From Octopus vulgaris (taxonomy: Eukaryota): DNA of 64,000 nucleotides. A program made the translations under genes and the position numbers. Positions 23,465-37,219 of this stretch are shown in pieces (position 1 is the stretch's first letter; the number at the start of each line of letters is the position of its first letter). Below the pieces are notes generated by a model that ran no database searches, was not told the DNA's origin, and worked only from the letters and a program-made list of their open reading frames with translations. The stretch spans positions 42,532,001 to 42,596,000 of the forward strand of contig OX597833.1 in the NCBI GenBank assembly GCA_951406725.2, written 5' to 3'.

Positions 23465-26400
23465 AATAAATGCACCTTTTTAAAGCCTAGCCAGGCTCAT
23501 GGGCCCGGTTTCCCAGTTTCAATGGCGTATGTGTTCTCCAGCTGGACAGAACGCAAGTCCATTGCAGCGTTACTCATTTTTGCCAGCTGAGTGGGCTGGA
23601 GCAACATGAAATGAAGTGTTTTGCTCAAGAATACAATGTGTCACCCGGTCCAGGAATCGAAACCACAATCTTATGATCATGATACTGACACCCTAACCAT
23701 TAAGCCATGTACCTCCACACACACACACACATATAAAGGCATAGGAGTGGCTGTGTGGTAAGTAGCTGGCTTAAGAACCACATGGTTCCGGGTTCACACA
23801 CACACACACTAATTAAGACGTATATAGATTCAGTCCCACTGTGTGGAAACTTGGGCAAGTGTCTTCTATAGCCTTGGGCCAACCAAATACTTGTGAGTGG
23901 ATTTGGTAGACGGAAACTGAAAGAAGCCTGTCGTATATATGTATATATATATGTGTGTGTGAGGTGGCCCTGCTCAATCTGTAGAAAAGGTGTAGGTAGG
24001 AACTCCATAAGATCTATCCAGTGTAAGCTATGGACACATAAGAGGTGCAGCAACATCAAAAGAAAATTAATTGTGAAGATAGCTTTTGTGTGCGGCAGAT
24101 GCACAGGGGCAATAGACACCACAGATACTCAGAAAACAGATTCCATCACACTCCAGGGGAAGAAGCTAGAAGTAGTTGATAGTTTCCACTACCTAGGGGA
24201 CCAAGTTAATAGTGGGGGTGGATGCTCAGAGAGTGTTACCACTTGAATAAGAATAGCTTGGGCAAAGTTCAGAAAGCTTCTTCCCTTACTGGCGACAAAG
24301 GATCTCTCGCTCAGAGTGAAAGGTAGATTGTACAACGCATGTGTGCGAACTGCCATGCTTCACAGCAGTGAAACATGGGCTGTGACTGCAGAGGACATGT
24401 GTAGGCTCAAAAGAAATGAAGCTAGCATGATCTGCTGGATGTGTAATGTCAGTGCGCATGCAGCATGACAGAGTGAGAGTGTAAGTGCCCTGAGAGAAAT
24501 GTTGGACATAAGAAGCATCGGATGTGGTGAGCAGGAGAGACGTTTGCATTGGTATGGTCATGTACTACAGATGGATGAGGAGAGATGTGTGAAGAGGTGT
24601 CACTCCCAAACTGTCAAAGGAATCCGGAGTAGAGGTGGTCAAGCATGACCTTCGAATGTTGGGCCTCATAGAGGCCATGATGAAAGACTGAGGCCTCTGG
24701 AGATATGCTATGACTGCAAAGACCTGACAAATGAAGTGAGTTGATGGCTCGTAGGATGGTCTGCTGTGCTAACCTTGTATTGTTGGGCGACCTGTTGTGC
24801 TTGAGTCAAGTACATCAACATCAAAATAATGGAAATTGTAGTTGTGATACCCATGCTGGTGGCATGTAAAAAGCACCATCTGAACGTGGCCGATGCCAGT
24901 GCTGCCTTGACTGGTGCCTGTGCCAGTGACACGTAAAAAGTACAAACCGATCATGGCTGTTTGCCAGCCTCCTCTGGCCCCTGTTCTTAGTAGTAGAAGA
25001 CAATATATATGTGAAGATGTATAGACATGCATATATCATGCATGTATATAGATATTTATACATATCAACACCTACACATACAACACGTACTCATGTATAT
25101 GTACATACATACTCCCATATATATATGCATCTGTATGTATTATCGCCCCTGCACACGCAGGTATATATACCTTACACACAGAGACACACATGCATATATG
25201 TATGCACGCATATACACACGAATATAATTAGATGTTTGTGATATTCGAGTATGAAAGAGGAATTAGATATGAATTAGGAGTTAAAATGTAGAGTTATGAT
25301 CCCAAGGTTATTGGGATTACATAAGGGGTATTGTGGAAATATACTGTATGGTCATTTAGGCATTTGGATTTGTGGTAGAATTTGAATTGAAAAAAGTGGT
25401 GGTTGCGTGTGCTTAGTGCCTCATTATGATTATTTAGCAGTTATGTGGGAGAAAATGGCTAAAAGCAGTCTTTGTATCCTTTTAGATAAGTGTAAACATG
25501 CTGTTGTTTGTAATATGCAGTCTTTCATATGTTCTCAAATGCATTTTTTACATATATGAAAACATGCTGTAGTTCACAAGACAATTTTTTTTATCCAGGA
25601 CTGTTTCAAGTATATTCGAGACCCTTTGGCAAAGCAGTATTCTGTGGCCCTTAACCCTCTTTCTTGTGCTTTCTTGACCTTCATGGAATTGCTGCCAAAT
25701 TTTTCTCAAACATCACCCTATTGTTCTTAAATTGGTTATTCAAGATAAACTTATACAGAATATAAATATGCCAGGAAACAAAACAAGATGTTGATAGCAA
25801 GAATGTTGATTGAAGGATGAAATTTTAAAACACAGGAAATTCTGTCAACACATGTTGATATCGGAAAATAATAGAAACAAAATCTCAAGCACATAATAGG
25901 CCCTAATACCTTTACAAAAGTAAGATTTTTTTTACAATATCTTTAACCCTCTCATTACCAACCCGGCTGAAACCGGCCCTGGCTCTGAGTAAAAATGTCT
26001 TGTTTTCATAGGTTTTAAATTAAAATCTTCCACCAAACCTTAGTCACAATTTATGTTCTTAACACTAGCTCAATGATAATTAAGTTATTTTACTAAATTC
26101 TTTGTTATATTTAAAATAATTGAGAGAAACACAGGGCATCTCAAAATAAATACAGTAACGAAAGGGTTAAAATTATGTTGCAAAATTAGCAAACACCATA
26201 AACAAATTATTCAGACGATGTATAACTTTTCAATGTAAACGATAATGATTTCCAATATAGTTACATAGTCACACGTTTTTGTCAGAGTTGAATATAATCT
26301 TCTTTATGATTCTTTCCACATCTATGATGCAACATAGGAGTAGGTATATAACCAAAGTCTACTAAAACTGAAAGAACACTTGAAAACGCAAGCGCTACAG

Positions 26401-29400
26401 TTTGTTGCTATAGCATTTCTAAACACCCGCAGTCCTTGTCAGTTCAGGAAAACCTACCGTGAAACACTCAGACACTTGTACAACAAGGAAGAAATATGTG
26501 AAATAATGAAAGACTGGGGAAAAGTGGAATGGGATGACAGCTGGGATAGGGAGGGTTGATGTATGTAATTTCTGAGGACCAAGTAAAAGAACTTAAGGAA
26601 AAATTTTTAAAGAAAAGTTATAAATTGATTAGGCAAAAAATTGAACCAGATAAAAGAATTGAACTGGAAGAAATATATGGAACTAAACTGGAGGACTACA
26701 TGTTTTTCATACAGTTATAGGGAAGAAGGACAGGTAAGTGATGTTATCGGATGGGGCTGTTAGCATCGCTTTCATTTTTCATTTTCATACGTCTATGTAT
26801 TTGTGATGTTTTGTGCCCCCAATGTTTGTAATGTCCCCCTCTGTGTAACCCTTTTATGGGTAATAAAAAATCAGAGAGTAAGAGGAAGGGGCCTAAGTGG
26901 AAGACAAGATCCAAAAAGAGAAGCCCTCTTCCTTGGAAGTCATGGGATTCACCATTCTTCAATTAACCAATAGAGAATTGAAAGCTGAACAAGCTGAAGA
27001 AAGATTAGAGGAGTAATGTGCTGACTGAGGAGGTGATGGGGGCCAGATTTTGAAAACTTCTAAATGTTAAATTGCTAGTGTAAACCAAATCAGCCATTCA
27101 CCAAGAACTACACATGAACTACCCAAGGGACAAGGTGGAATTTGAGCCAAGTCCAGCAACAAGGGTACTGACATGCATCCCAGGTTCTAATACCAAGAGT
27201 TTTAAATTGTAGTCGTAGGTCACATCCTGGGTGACAGCTTCTTACCTGTGTATGGATAAATTGTCCATTTTTACGTTTCATTTATGCTCATTTATATATT
27301 AGTGACAAGAAAGGAATCTGGTTGTAAAATAATGCCTCCATAATGTCTTTTAATGTCCTACCAAAGTCAGTTTTTGTCTTTTATCATTTTGGGGTTGTAC
27401 CAGTTTAGTACTATTAACTAACCCCCTTCCGTCAATGTGGTAAGTAGCTATAGATACAGGAGTAGCTGTGTGGTAAGTAGCTTGCTTACCAACCACATGG
27501 TTCCGGGTTCAGTCCCACTGCATGGCACCTTAGGCAAGTGTCTTCTGCTATAGCCTCGGGCTGACCAAAGCCTTGTGAGTGGATTTGGTAGACGGAAACT
27601 GAAAGAAGCCCATTGTATATATGTATGTGTGTGTATATGTTTGTGTGTCTGTGTTTGTCCCCCCGACTGCTTGACAACCGATGGTGGTGTGTTTACGTCC
27701 CTGTAACTTAGCGGTTCGGCAAAAGAGACCGATAGAATAAGTACTAGGCTTCCAAAGAATAAGTCCTGGGGTTAATTTGCTTGACTAAAGGTGGTGTCAA
27801 ATGACTGAAACAAGTAAAAGAGTAACCCCCTTCCATCAAAATTGTTGACCTAGGTCCAAATCATTATTATTATTAAGACAACAAAATGGTAGAATCATTA
27901 GCAAGCACACTAGGTGAAATGCTTAGCAGTATTTCGTCTGCTGTTACATTCTGAGTTCAAATTCCACCAACGTTGATTTTACCTTTCATCCTTTTGAGGT
28001 TGATGTAATCGACTTAATAACCCTGCCCAGCTGCCCTTGTGGCAAAAATTTGAAATCACCATTGTTATTATCATCATCTGTGCTGCTCACACCATCAGTT
28101 ATTATTATTCTGAAGATACACCTGTAAGAAAAAGGTATTACAAAAGGAGAAAGGGGCTCTCTACCCACCTTTTGACCAGGCTCCCGTTGGCTTTAATGGG
28201 TTTTTCCACCAGGAACATTTCGTAACGCCTCCCCCTATTGGGAGTTTTTCGTTGTTACACTGTTTTTACACAGTTTTTTGTAACTTTCGTCCTGTGTTTT
28301 GTCCCTTTATGTTTTAATTAATTTTTGTCAGCCCTTGTGGCCAATAAAAGAATTTATTATTATTATTATTATTATCATTATTCTATTTCATTTCAGGCAG
28401 CAAAAAATACAATGTGACTTTAAAATGTCCTGAAGATTCCACAGAACTCAATTGCGGGCATCTGTTTTCTGCTGTCGAAAATGTCACTGGTGTCCCTGAA
28501 AACAGGCAACGTTTGATATTTAAAGGTGAGTTGTATGTAAATAGAAGTGTAGTGGATAACATTGGGCCATATGGTTGCGAGTTCAAATCATGTGTTTTTG
28601 TCATTTCCTTGGTCGTTGTTGCCAGGTTTTGCGATCACATTATTGTCAATGACGTTGATATCATAATTCTCATCACTACTATTTTGCATCGTCATCATTG
28701 TTTTAGTGTCTACTTTTACATGCTTGCTTGGGTTGGACGGGGTTTATCGTGACAAATTCCCTATGGCTGGATGCCCACCTTGTCAGTAACCCTCACTCGT
28801 TTTCAAGCAAGGCTGATATTTCTCCATGGCCAGGCATGTTCTTACAGAATGTTGGAAATGAACGACACTGCTTGTTTGACAGTGACATTCATTTACAACT
28901 ATCATGTGATGTCTGGACAAGGAGACTCACACACACACACACACACAATGTGATGGGTTTCTTTCATTTCCCATGTACCAAATCTACTCACAAGGCTTTA
29001 AGTTAGCTAGGGACTATATTAGAAGACACAAGCCCAAGGTGTCATGCAGTGGGACTGAACCTGAAACCAGGTGGTTTGGAAGTAAACTCCTTAACCAGAG
29101 CTACTTCGGCACCTGTAGCAAACTTTTTTACCATCAGGAATATTAGTCACTACCACCATCATCACCATGGAGATCATCACTGCCTCAACTATACTGTTAC
29201 CGCCATCTTTTATCAAGTTTCAGTGGCCATGCTGGGGCACCGCCTTGCAAAACTTTAGTCAAATGAATCGATACCAGCATTTATTTTGTGTTGCTGAACT
29301 GCTAAGTTATGAGAATGTAAACACACCAACACCGGTTGTCAAGCAGAGGTGGGAGACAAACAATGACACACAAACACACACACACATACACATTCCACAC

Positions 29401-32400
29401 TGTAAAGTGGTTGGTGTTTGGAAGGGCATCCAGGTGTAAAAACCTTGCCAAAACTGACCTCACCTGTGTTTGCATCATGTAAAAAGCACTCAGTCCACTA
29501 TGTGGGGTGGTTGGTGTTAGGAAGGGCATCCAGCCCTAAAAACCATTCCAAAACAGACTCAGAAGTCTGGTGCAGGCTCCTGCCTGGTTGGCTTCTGTCA
29601 AACAGTACAGCCCATGCCAGCATGGAAGGTGGACGTGAAATGACGATGAGGATATATATATACATACATACACGATGGGCTTCTTTCAGTTTCTTTCTAC
29701 CAATTCCACTCACAAGACTTTGGCTGGTCTAAGGCTCAAGTAGAAGACACTTGCCCAAGGTGCCATGCAGTGGGACTGAACTCTCTTTTTCTCTTTCCTT
29801 TTACTCTTTTACTTGTTTCAGTCATTTGACTGCAGCTATGCTGGAGCACCGCCTTTTAATTGAGCAACTCGACCCCAGGGCTTATTCTTTGTGAGCCCAG
29901 TACTTATTCTATTGGTCTCTTTTGCCGAACCGCTAAGTGATGGGGACATAAACACACCAGCATCGGTTGTCAAGCAATGCTAGGGGAACAAACACACAAA
30001 CACACACATACATATACTTATATATACATATATACGACGGGCTTCTTTCAGTTTCCGTCTACCAAATCCACTCACAAGGCTTTGGTCGGCCTGAGGCTAT
30101 AGTAGAAGACACTTGCCCAAGGTGCCACGCAGTGGGACTGAACCCCGAACCATGTGGTTGGTAAACAAGCTACTTACCACACAGCCACTCCTGCGCCTGA
30201 ACTGAGGACCATGTGGCTTGGAAGCAAACTTCTTAATCATACTGCCACGCCTGTTGCCTTCACCGCAATTACTACTACCATTGTCTCCAACCACCACCTT
30301 ATCAGTTATACCACATCAACCATCATCATGTCTATACCATGTCTCTATTGGATGCTGCATCATAATCTGAAAATGTTTTCGTTTTAGGAAAATCTCTCAC
30401 TGATGCTGCTCAAAATCTGAGTGAGATGGGCATGAAGGAAGGTGCTATCGTCATGCTGATGACTAAGGCTGTGAGTTATATCATTTGTCTTTTTTTTTTT
30501 TTTTGTTTTTTAATTTTCTTGTTTCAGTTTTATAGACTGTGACCATGGTGGGGCACTGCTTTGAAGAGTTTTTTTAGTCAAACAAATCGGCCCTGCTACT
30601 TATGTTTTTTTTTAAGTCTGGTACTTATTCTGTCGGTCTCTTTTGCCGAAATGCTAAGTTATTGGTACGTAAACAACCAACACTGGTTGTCAAGCAGTTG
30701 AAGGGAAAAAAGACGGGGACACACATGCACATACGCACACGTGTGTGTGTGTATTTGTATGTATATATAAAAGGTAAATAAGTAACAAGGATTATTTTAC
30801 ATTTTGTTCACCCAACTTCAAGCTGCATGGACTATATCTAACTGGGTTCCCCTTTTCCACAGGTGCCATCCACTTTAAGTGTTTGACACTTCTTTATACA
30901 TACACCTGTCTTCATTCATATGCATCATGTCCAAATCAACATTATTGTCTCCCTTGCATGCTGTATCTGATGCCTCTTATGCCCAGCTTTTCTCTCAACA
31001 CATTGGTACTTTGTTGTACATGCACATCTATTGGATGTTGCATATCCATCGGAGCATATTTGCTTCCTCTCTAGTTTATGCATGTCTTCTGCATTCAGGG
31101 CCCACGTCTCACTACATTGCAGTATAGCTATTTGTACACAAGCATCATACAATCTGCCTTTCACTTTGAGTAAGAGGCCTTTTGTTGAGTCTAGCAGAGG
31201 TAATAGCTTGCTGAACCTCATCCTATTCTAGCAACAATACTTTCCTCCACCACTGCTAATTTGGTCACCTGAGTAATAGAAACTATCTACAACCTCAAGT
31301 GAGCCTCCTGAACAAATGCTTTTTACCATCATTGCCTTGAGCTAACTCCAGCTTCGTGAGTAAAAGTGGGGCTAGGTAGAAACCACGTAGAAGACTGTGG
31401 CAAATGGACTGTTGTTATCTCTTTGTGAGGTCCAACATCTTGAGATTGGCCCTCTCTACTTCATCCCATGTATTCCTGGGTTTTCCTCTTCCACAGGTGC
31501 AACATATGTTACTCAAAGGGACAACCTTGTCACATATTGTATCATATGGATTTGACCTGAGAGTTACGTTAAGGCGGCAAGCTGGCAGAAACGTTAGCAC
31601 GCTGAGCAAAATGCTTAATGGTATTTCGTCTGCGTTACGTTGTGAGTTCAAATTCCGCCGAGGTCGACTTTGCCTTTCATCCTTTCGGGGTCGATAAATT
31701 AATACCTATGTCTGTCCTTGTTTGTCCCCTCTGTGTTTAGCCCCTTGTGGGTAATAAAGAAATAGGTACATGTATCTGTGGAATACTCTGCCTATTTATA
31801 TTGTTAATTTAACCTTTTAGCTCTCAGATTATTCAGTCAACTGTAATGCTTATTTATTGATATTGTTTTGAATTGACCATGGATTATCTCGTAGCTTTTG
31901 AGATTTCAAGGATGTGATTGTTTATTTTTAGAAGGATATTGTGAGATTGGTATGAAAGGCTGTCCAGTTTGAGTGTAAAACAGGTAGAATATTTGCCCTG
32001 GATATTGCCAGTTTAAATGCTAAATGGATAATCAGAAACTAGTTTGGTTCTTAGAGTAATTGTATGCTCATTGTTAACTCCTTTTGTTAAAATACACTGC
32101 TTTTGTTTCAGTTAATTTTAAAATTAATGAATTTGATAAAACAACCTCATTATTAAAATGGTTTTTGAAACATAAATTAACATGGTTCCAGGTTCAGTCT
32201 TGCTGCGTGGCACCTTGGGCAAGAGTCTTCTATTATAACCTCGGGCTGACAAAAGCCTTGTGAGTGGATTTTGTAGATGGAAACTGAAAGAAGCCTGTCG
32301 AATATATATGTGTGTGTGTATCTGTGTGTCTGTGTTTATCCCCCCCACCATTGCTTGACAACTGTTGTTGGTGTATTTTCATCTCTGTAACCTAGCAGTT

Positions 32401-35400
32401 GGGCAAAAGAGACAAATAGAATAAGTACTAGGCTTACAAAGAATAAGTCTTGGGGTCAATTTCTTTGATTAAAAAAAAAAAAAATTTAAGGTGGTGCTCC
32501 AGCATGGCTGCAGTCAAATGACTGAAACAAGTAAAAGAATTATTAAAATAGTTTTTGAAACATAATTTAACATGAAATTTTGATGAAAACTTTTAATTTA
32601 GATCACTTTAAATAACAAGTTTGTATCATAGAGTCAGGGATAATCTTAGGCGGGTTTCTATCAAAATATTTCATCCTCCCCATCATCCTGGTGCTGATCT
32701 GAGATCAAATTGATTGCAACATTTTAAACACTGGAGAATCTTTCACTCCTAATAGCGGTTTCAAATTTTGGTACAAGGCCAGCAATTTCGGGGATGGAGT
32801 AAGTCAATTGCATTAATCTCAGAGCTTAACTGGTACTTATTTTATTGTCCCTGAAAGGATCAAAGGCAAGGTCGGTCTCAGTGGAATTTGAACTTGGATG
32901 AAATGCCGCTAAGCATTTTACCTGGCATGCTAATGATTCTGCCAGCTCGCCACCTTTTTCACCCCTCAATGCCACCTGGTCGTTGCCAGTGCTGCCTGAG
33001 TGGCTCCTGTACCGGTGGCATGTAAAAAGCACCATTCAGGCATGGTCATTGCCAGTGCCGCCTGACTGACTCTTGAGCTGGTGGCATGTAAAAAGCACCA
33101 CTGCCTGACTGGCCCTCATACTGGTGACATGTAAAAAGCACCCACTACACTCTCGGATTGGTTGACATTAGGAAGGGCATCCAGCTGTAGAAACTTTGCC
33201 AGATCAGATTGGAGCCTGGTACAGCCTTCTGGCTTGCTGGTCCTCAGTCAAACCGTCTAACCCATGCCAGCATGGAAAGCTGATGTTAAACAACGATGAT
33301 GATGATAAATAATATTATATTAATGGACGTTTTTCCTGCAGCAATCAACCTGCAGTTTTTGAAGAGGAGCATTGACCTTGTTAACCTCACCAATCTTCAA
33401 GAGTCTGCAAAAACTAGGGGTACAGTACCTTCCTCTAGGCTGAACCATTTAAATGGAAATTCCAAATAATTATAATATTATTGACACCATGAGGAAAGGC
33501 ATCCCCTTGTAGAAACCATGCCAATGTAGACATTGGAGCCAATGTACACTTCTCTGGCTTAATAGCTCCTGTCAAACTGTCCAACCCATGCCAGCATGGA
33601 AAACAGACATTAAATGATGATGATGATGATTGTTGATGCCTTTAGCTACCTGTACCGTACTCTGACAAGCCAACAAAGTAGTGTGTATGCATTTGCTTGA
33701 CTTGCTTAAAATAGTGGCTGGTAACAAAATGACACCCTAGTGTTTTAAAAATGTAAGGACATGAACTAATGATATCTGAGGTCAGTCTAATCAGGGCTGA
33801 CCTGGGGCTAAACAACAATTGCTTGATTACATGTGCTTTTTTTTTTTTTGTTTTTTGACTACAGATCCCTTGTAAAGATGGTGAAACCTTAACAAAAGAA
33901 GAAGAGGTTCTTCTAACCATTGACAGTGAAGTGGAAGCAAAGGGTCGATATCTTCAGGAATTTACCCAGAATGTCATGGACTTCTGTCAAGTAAGTAGCT
34001 CTAACATACTGTTTTTTTTTTTTATTAGTCTTCCTTACTTTATTTTTTAATTTGATAAATTTGCACCTTTCAGAGAAGAAGATAATGATGGTAACAGATT
34101 TATAATCAGTAGTTTTTCTAGAAGCGACTCTTCTATTGTTGCAATATTTCATAGTTTGGTTCATTGGATCTTTTCGGTTTGAACAGCAGTTTTTCTAGCA
34201 GTGTCATATGAAATTGTCACCCATAATTATGACCCTAGTATCAATTTATTGCATTTCAATCTGTTTTAGGGTTAGGGTTGGTTAGGGTTAGGGATGGAGG
34301 GAAGGGTATCGTTTTTCTTCAGAAATGTAAATAAACCCAATCTGTTTCTTAAACAAGGGACATATTCATATGGCACAAAATGTTTTCACCTCAGTAGATG
34401 TCATTGATAGGTTGAAATTGCAGAAATTGAAGAAAAAATACGACAAATATCTTACAAACTATAGAATTTTCTCAATAAAGCCAAGAGAAAAAGATGTTTT
34501 ATAAACACATTCTACCAGTATATGAAGTTTAAAAGTGTTTAGTTATGTGGAAATTATTTTAAAAAACTGCCGTTCAAACCGAAAAGAGCCGGTGGTTCAT
34601 CTATAATATGTTATATCATCACAACGACTGGTCTGTGGATATGATCTAACATCCTGCTTTTACCTGATAGATGGAATATTTCATTGCCAATTTGTCATCA
34701 ACTAATCAACAATCAGTATTTTGTATATTGTCTGATGCCCCTAACTGGCAATTACTGTAAACTTCTATGTATAATATAAATTCTGTTGTGTCTGAGGAGA
34801 GTCATTTTGTGCCTTATAATGTAACACACTTACCAGTAAAATTTCCACTTATTTTAAAAAAAATAAGTGGAAATTTTACTGGTAAGTGTGTTACATTATA
34901 AGGCACAAAAAGAAAATGACTCTCCCCAGACACAACAGAATATGCTTCAACACACGAACTCATAGAAAGAATCTTGCAAACCAAATCCAAAAACGAAATA
35001 TAATATAAATGTTTTTCACCAAAATCAAGATAAAATACTGGGGTGCATATAACACATGGTGTGAGGCTATAAAGTTTTTCCCTAACCATTTTAATTTAGA
35101 AAGGAAAAAATAGTGTAATGTATCATCATTGTTGCCATCATCAATATTATTTTTATGTCCATTCTTCTGTGCTGGCATGGGTTAGATAAGATTTATTCAG
35201 CTAGATTTTCCACAGCTGGATACTCTTGTCATCAGTTCTTGTTTTTCAAGTAAGATATTTTTCATTCGGCTGCATCTCATGTTGAAACTGATAAAGCCAT
35301 TAAGCTCAAATGGTGTTAATGGAGTCACATGAAATCAATGTTCACACACATGCAAACATGCATACATAGGTGCATACATACATGCATACATATGTCTGTT

Positions 35401-37182
35401 CATTGTGCACTGTTTCCATTCCACTTGTGAGGCATTGGTATATATAGTATAAGACACACACCTGTGATGCCAAGCTGTGGGATTGAACCTGAAACCAGAC
35501 AGCTTGCAAATCAAACTTTGTAACCCCAATCCATATGTGCACCTATCAGTTGAAACAAAATTTTATTTTTTGGTTATTATTTTAATATATATCAATATAC
35601 AATATTTTACATATAATAAAACTTCAAAAAATTTATTAGATTATAGTAAATTATCTGCTTTGTACATGGTGTTATAAGGCTTTGAACACAATTTAAGCCC
35701 CAAAATTGTGAAAAGTATTACACATAGACTTTTATGGTAGTTCATTTGATATATTTCAGCAAGTCTTTTCCTTTTTTTTTTAAATACTGGAGTGAAATTT
35801 GAGTGAAATTCGGCTGCTATTTCTAGCAGGATGCACAACTGCATAGAGGCTCTCCTGCTGGCTTGTTCAAGGAAGAAAGGGCTGGTGCAGAGGCAGTAGT
35901 CATTGCCTTTTCAGCATTCACTCAGGCTGGAAAGAATGATGCATATTGTTTATCCCTTCTTGTTTATCAAAAACTATGTTATTTAAGACAGCAGGATTTA
36001 CTCTGTGGGATAATTGGTTGCCATTTCTAGCAAGTGAATAAATGCTTCCCTTGTTTGCTCAGGCTTCTATCGTTGGATAATGTCTGAATAAAGAAGGTCT
36101 TGGAATATCTTTGACAATAGGTTTGTTCAGTTAGAGCTGGTCTAGGGTTAGAGAAAAACTAGAAAGAAAGACACAGCAGGCTATGTAGTCCTTGATACAT
36201 TATACCTAAAATAAAGTTGTAATGCTTAAGGTAAAGCATTTAATCCATCACTCTGTCTTTTCTTTCACTCATAGTTCTCTCTGGTAATAATAATTCTTCA
36301 GCTACATTGAACAACACAGTGTAGAGGCACATGGCCTAGTGGTTAGAGCTGTGGACTCGCGGTCGCGGGATTGCGGGTTCGAATCTCAGACCGGACGATG
36401 TGTGTGTTTATGAGCGAAACACCTAAGCTCCACGCGGCTCCGGCAGAAGGTAATGGCGAAACTTCTGCTGACTCTTTCGCCACAACTTTCTCTCACTCTT
36501 TCTTCTTGCATCTCACCTGTGATGGACCGGCGTCCCGTCCAGGTGGGGAACCTATACGCCAAGAAACCGGGAAACTGGCCCTTATAAGCCAGGCATGGCT
36601 CAAGAAGAAACAAACAACAACACAGTGGAATCATTGGCAGCTATGTCTATGTGACAATATGATGACATTGTGAAGGCAGCATGTTGGCAGAATCGTTACT
36701 GTGCCAGGCAAAATGCTTAGCGGCATTTCCTCTCTCTTTACATTCTGAGTTCAAATTCCATTTAGGTTGATGTTGCCTTTTTGCTTTTTTGGGGTTGATA
36801 AAATAAGTACCAGTTGAGCCTTGGGGTTCATGTAATCGACTAGTCCCTCTCCTCCCACCCCCTGCATTTGCTGGGCTTGTGCCAAAATTTGAAGCTAATA
36901 TGACACTGTGAAAATTGATAAGTAGTATGAACATATACTAAGCATGGTATGCGAGGACAGCCTGGCCACAGTCATCTGAAACATGCTGGTCCAGATTGGT
37001 TACACGTATAGACATTTGATCCCTTCACACCAAAACATTGCTCTGAAGGAAGGGGAGTAACTGTCAAACTACCAAGGTCTAGAAATTGAAAGGAACAAGA
37101 TGTGTGTCACAAAAGCGAAACCAGTATCAATAATAATTGATGCACTAGATTTAATAATAATAATAGTAGTAGTAGTACTAAT

Positions 37183-37219
<37 letters not shown>

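Noticed and set aside
32965-33150. CRISPR-like array of TGGCAYGTAAAAAGCACC repeats
   Set aside because: The spacers resemble each other and the unit is part of the dispersed RTE 3' UTR; eukaryotic context and no cas genes.
34266-34293. True telomere or chromosome-fusion relic
   Set aside because: Only about four units, internal to a TIR/TSD-bounded MITE.
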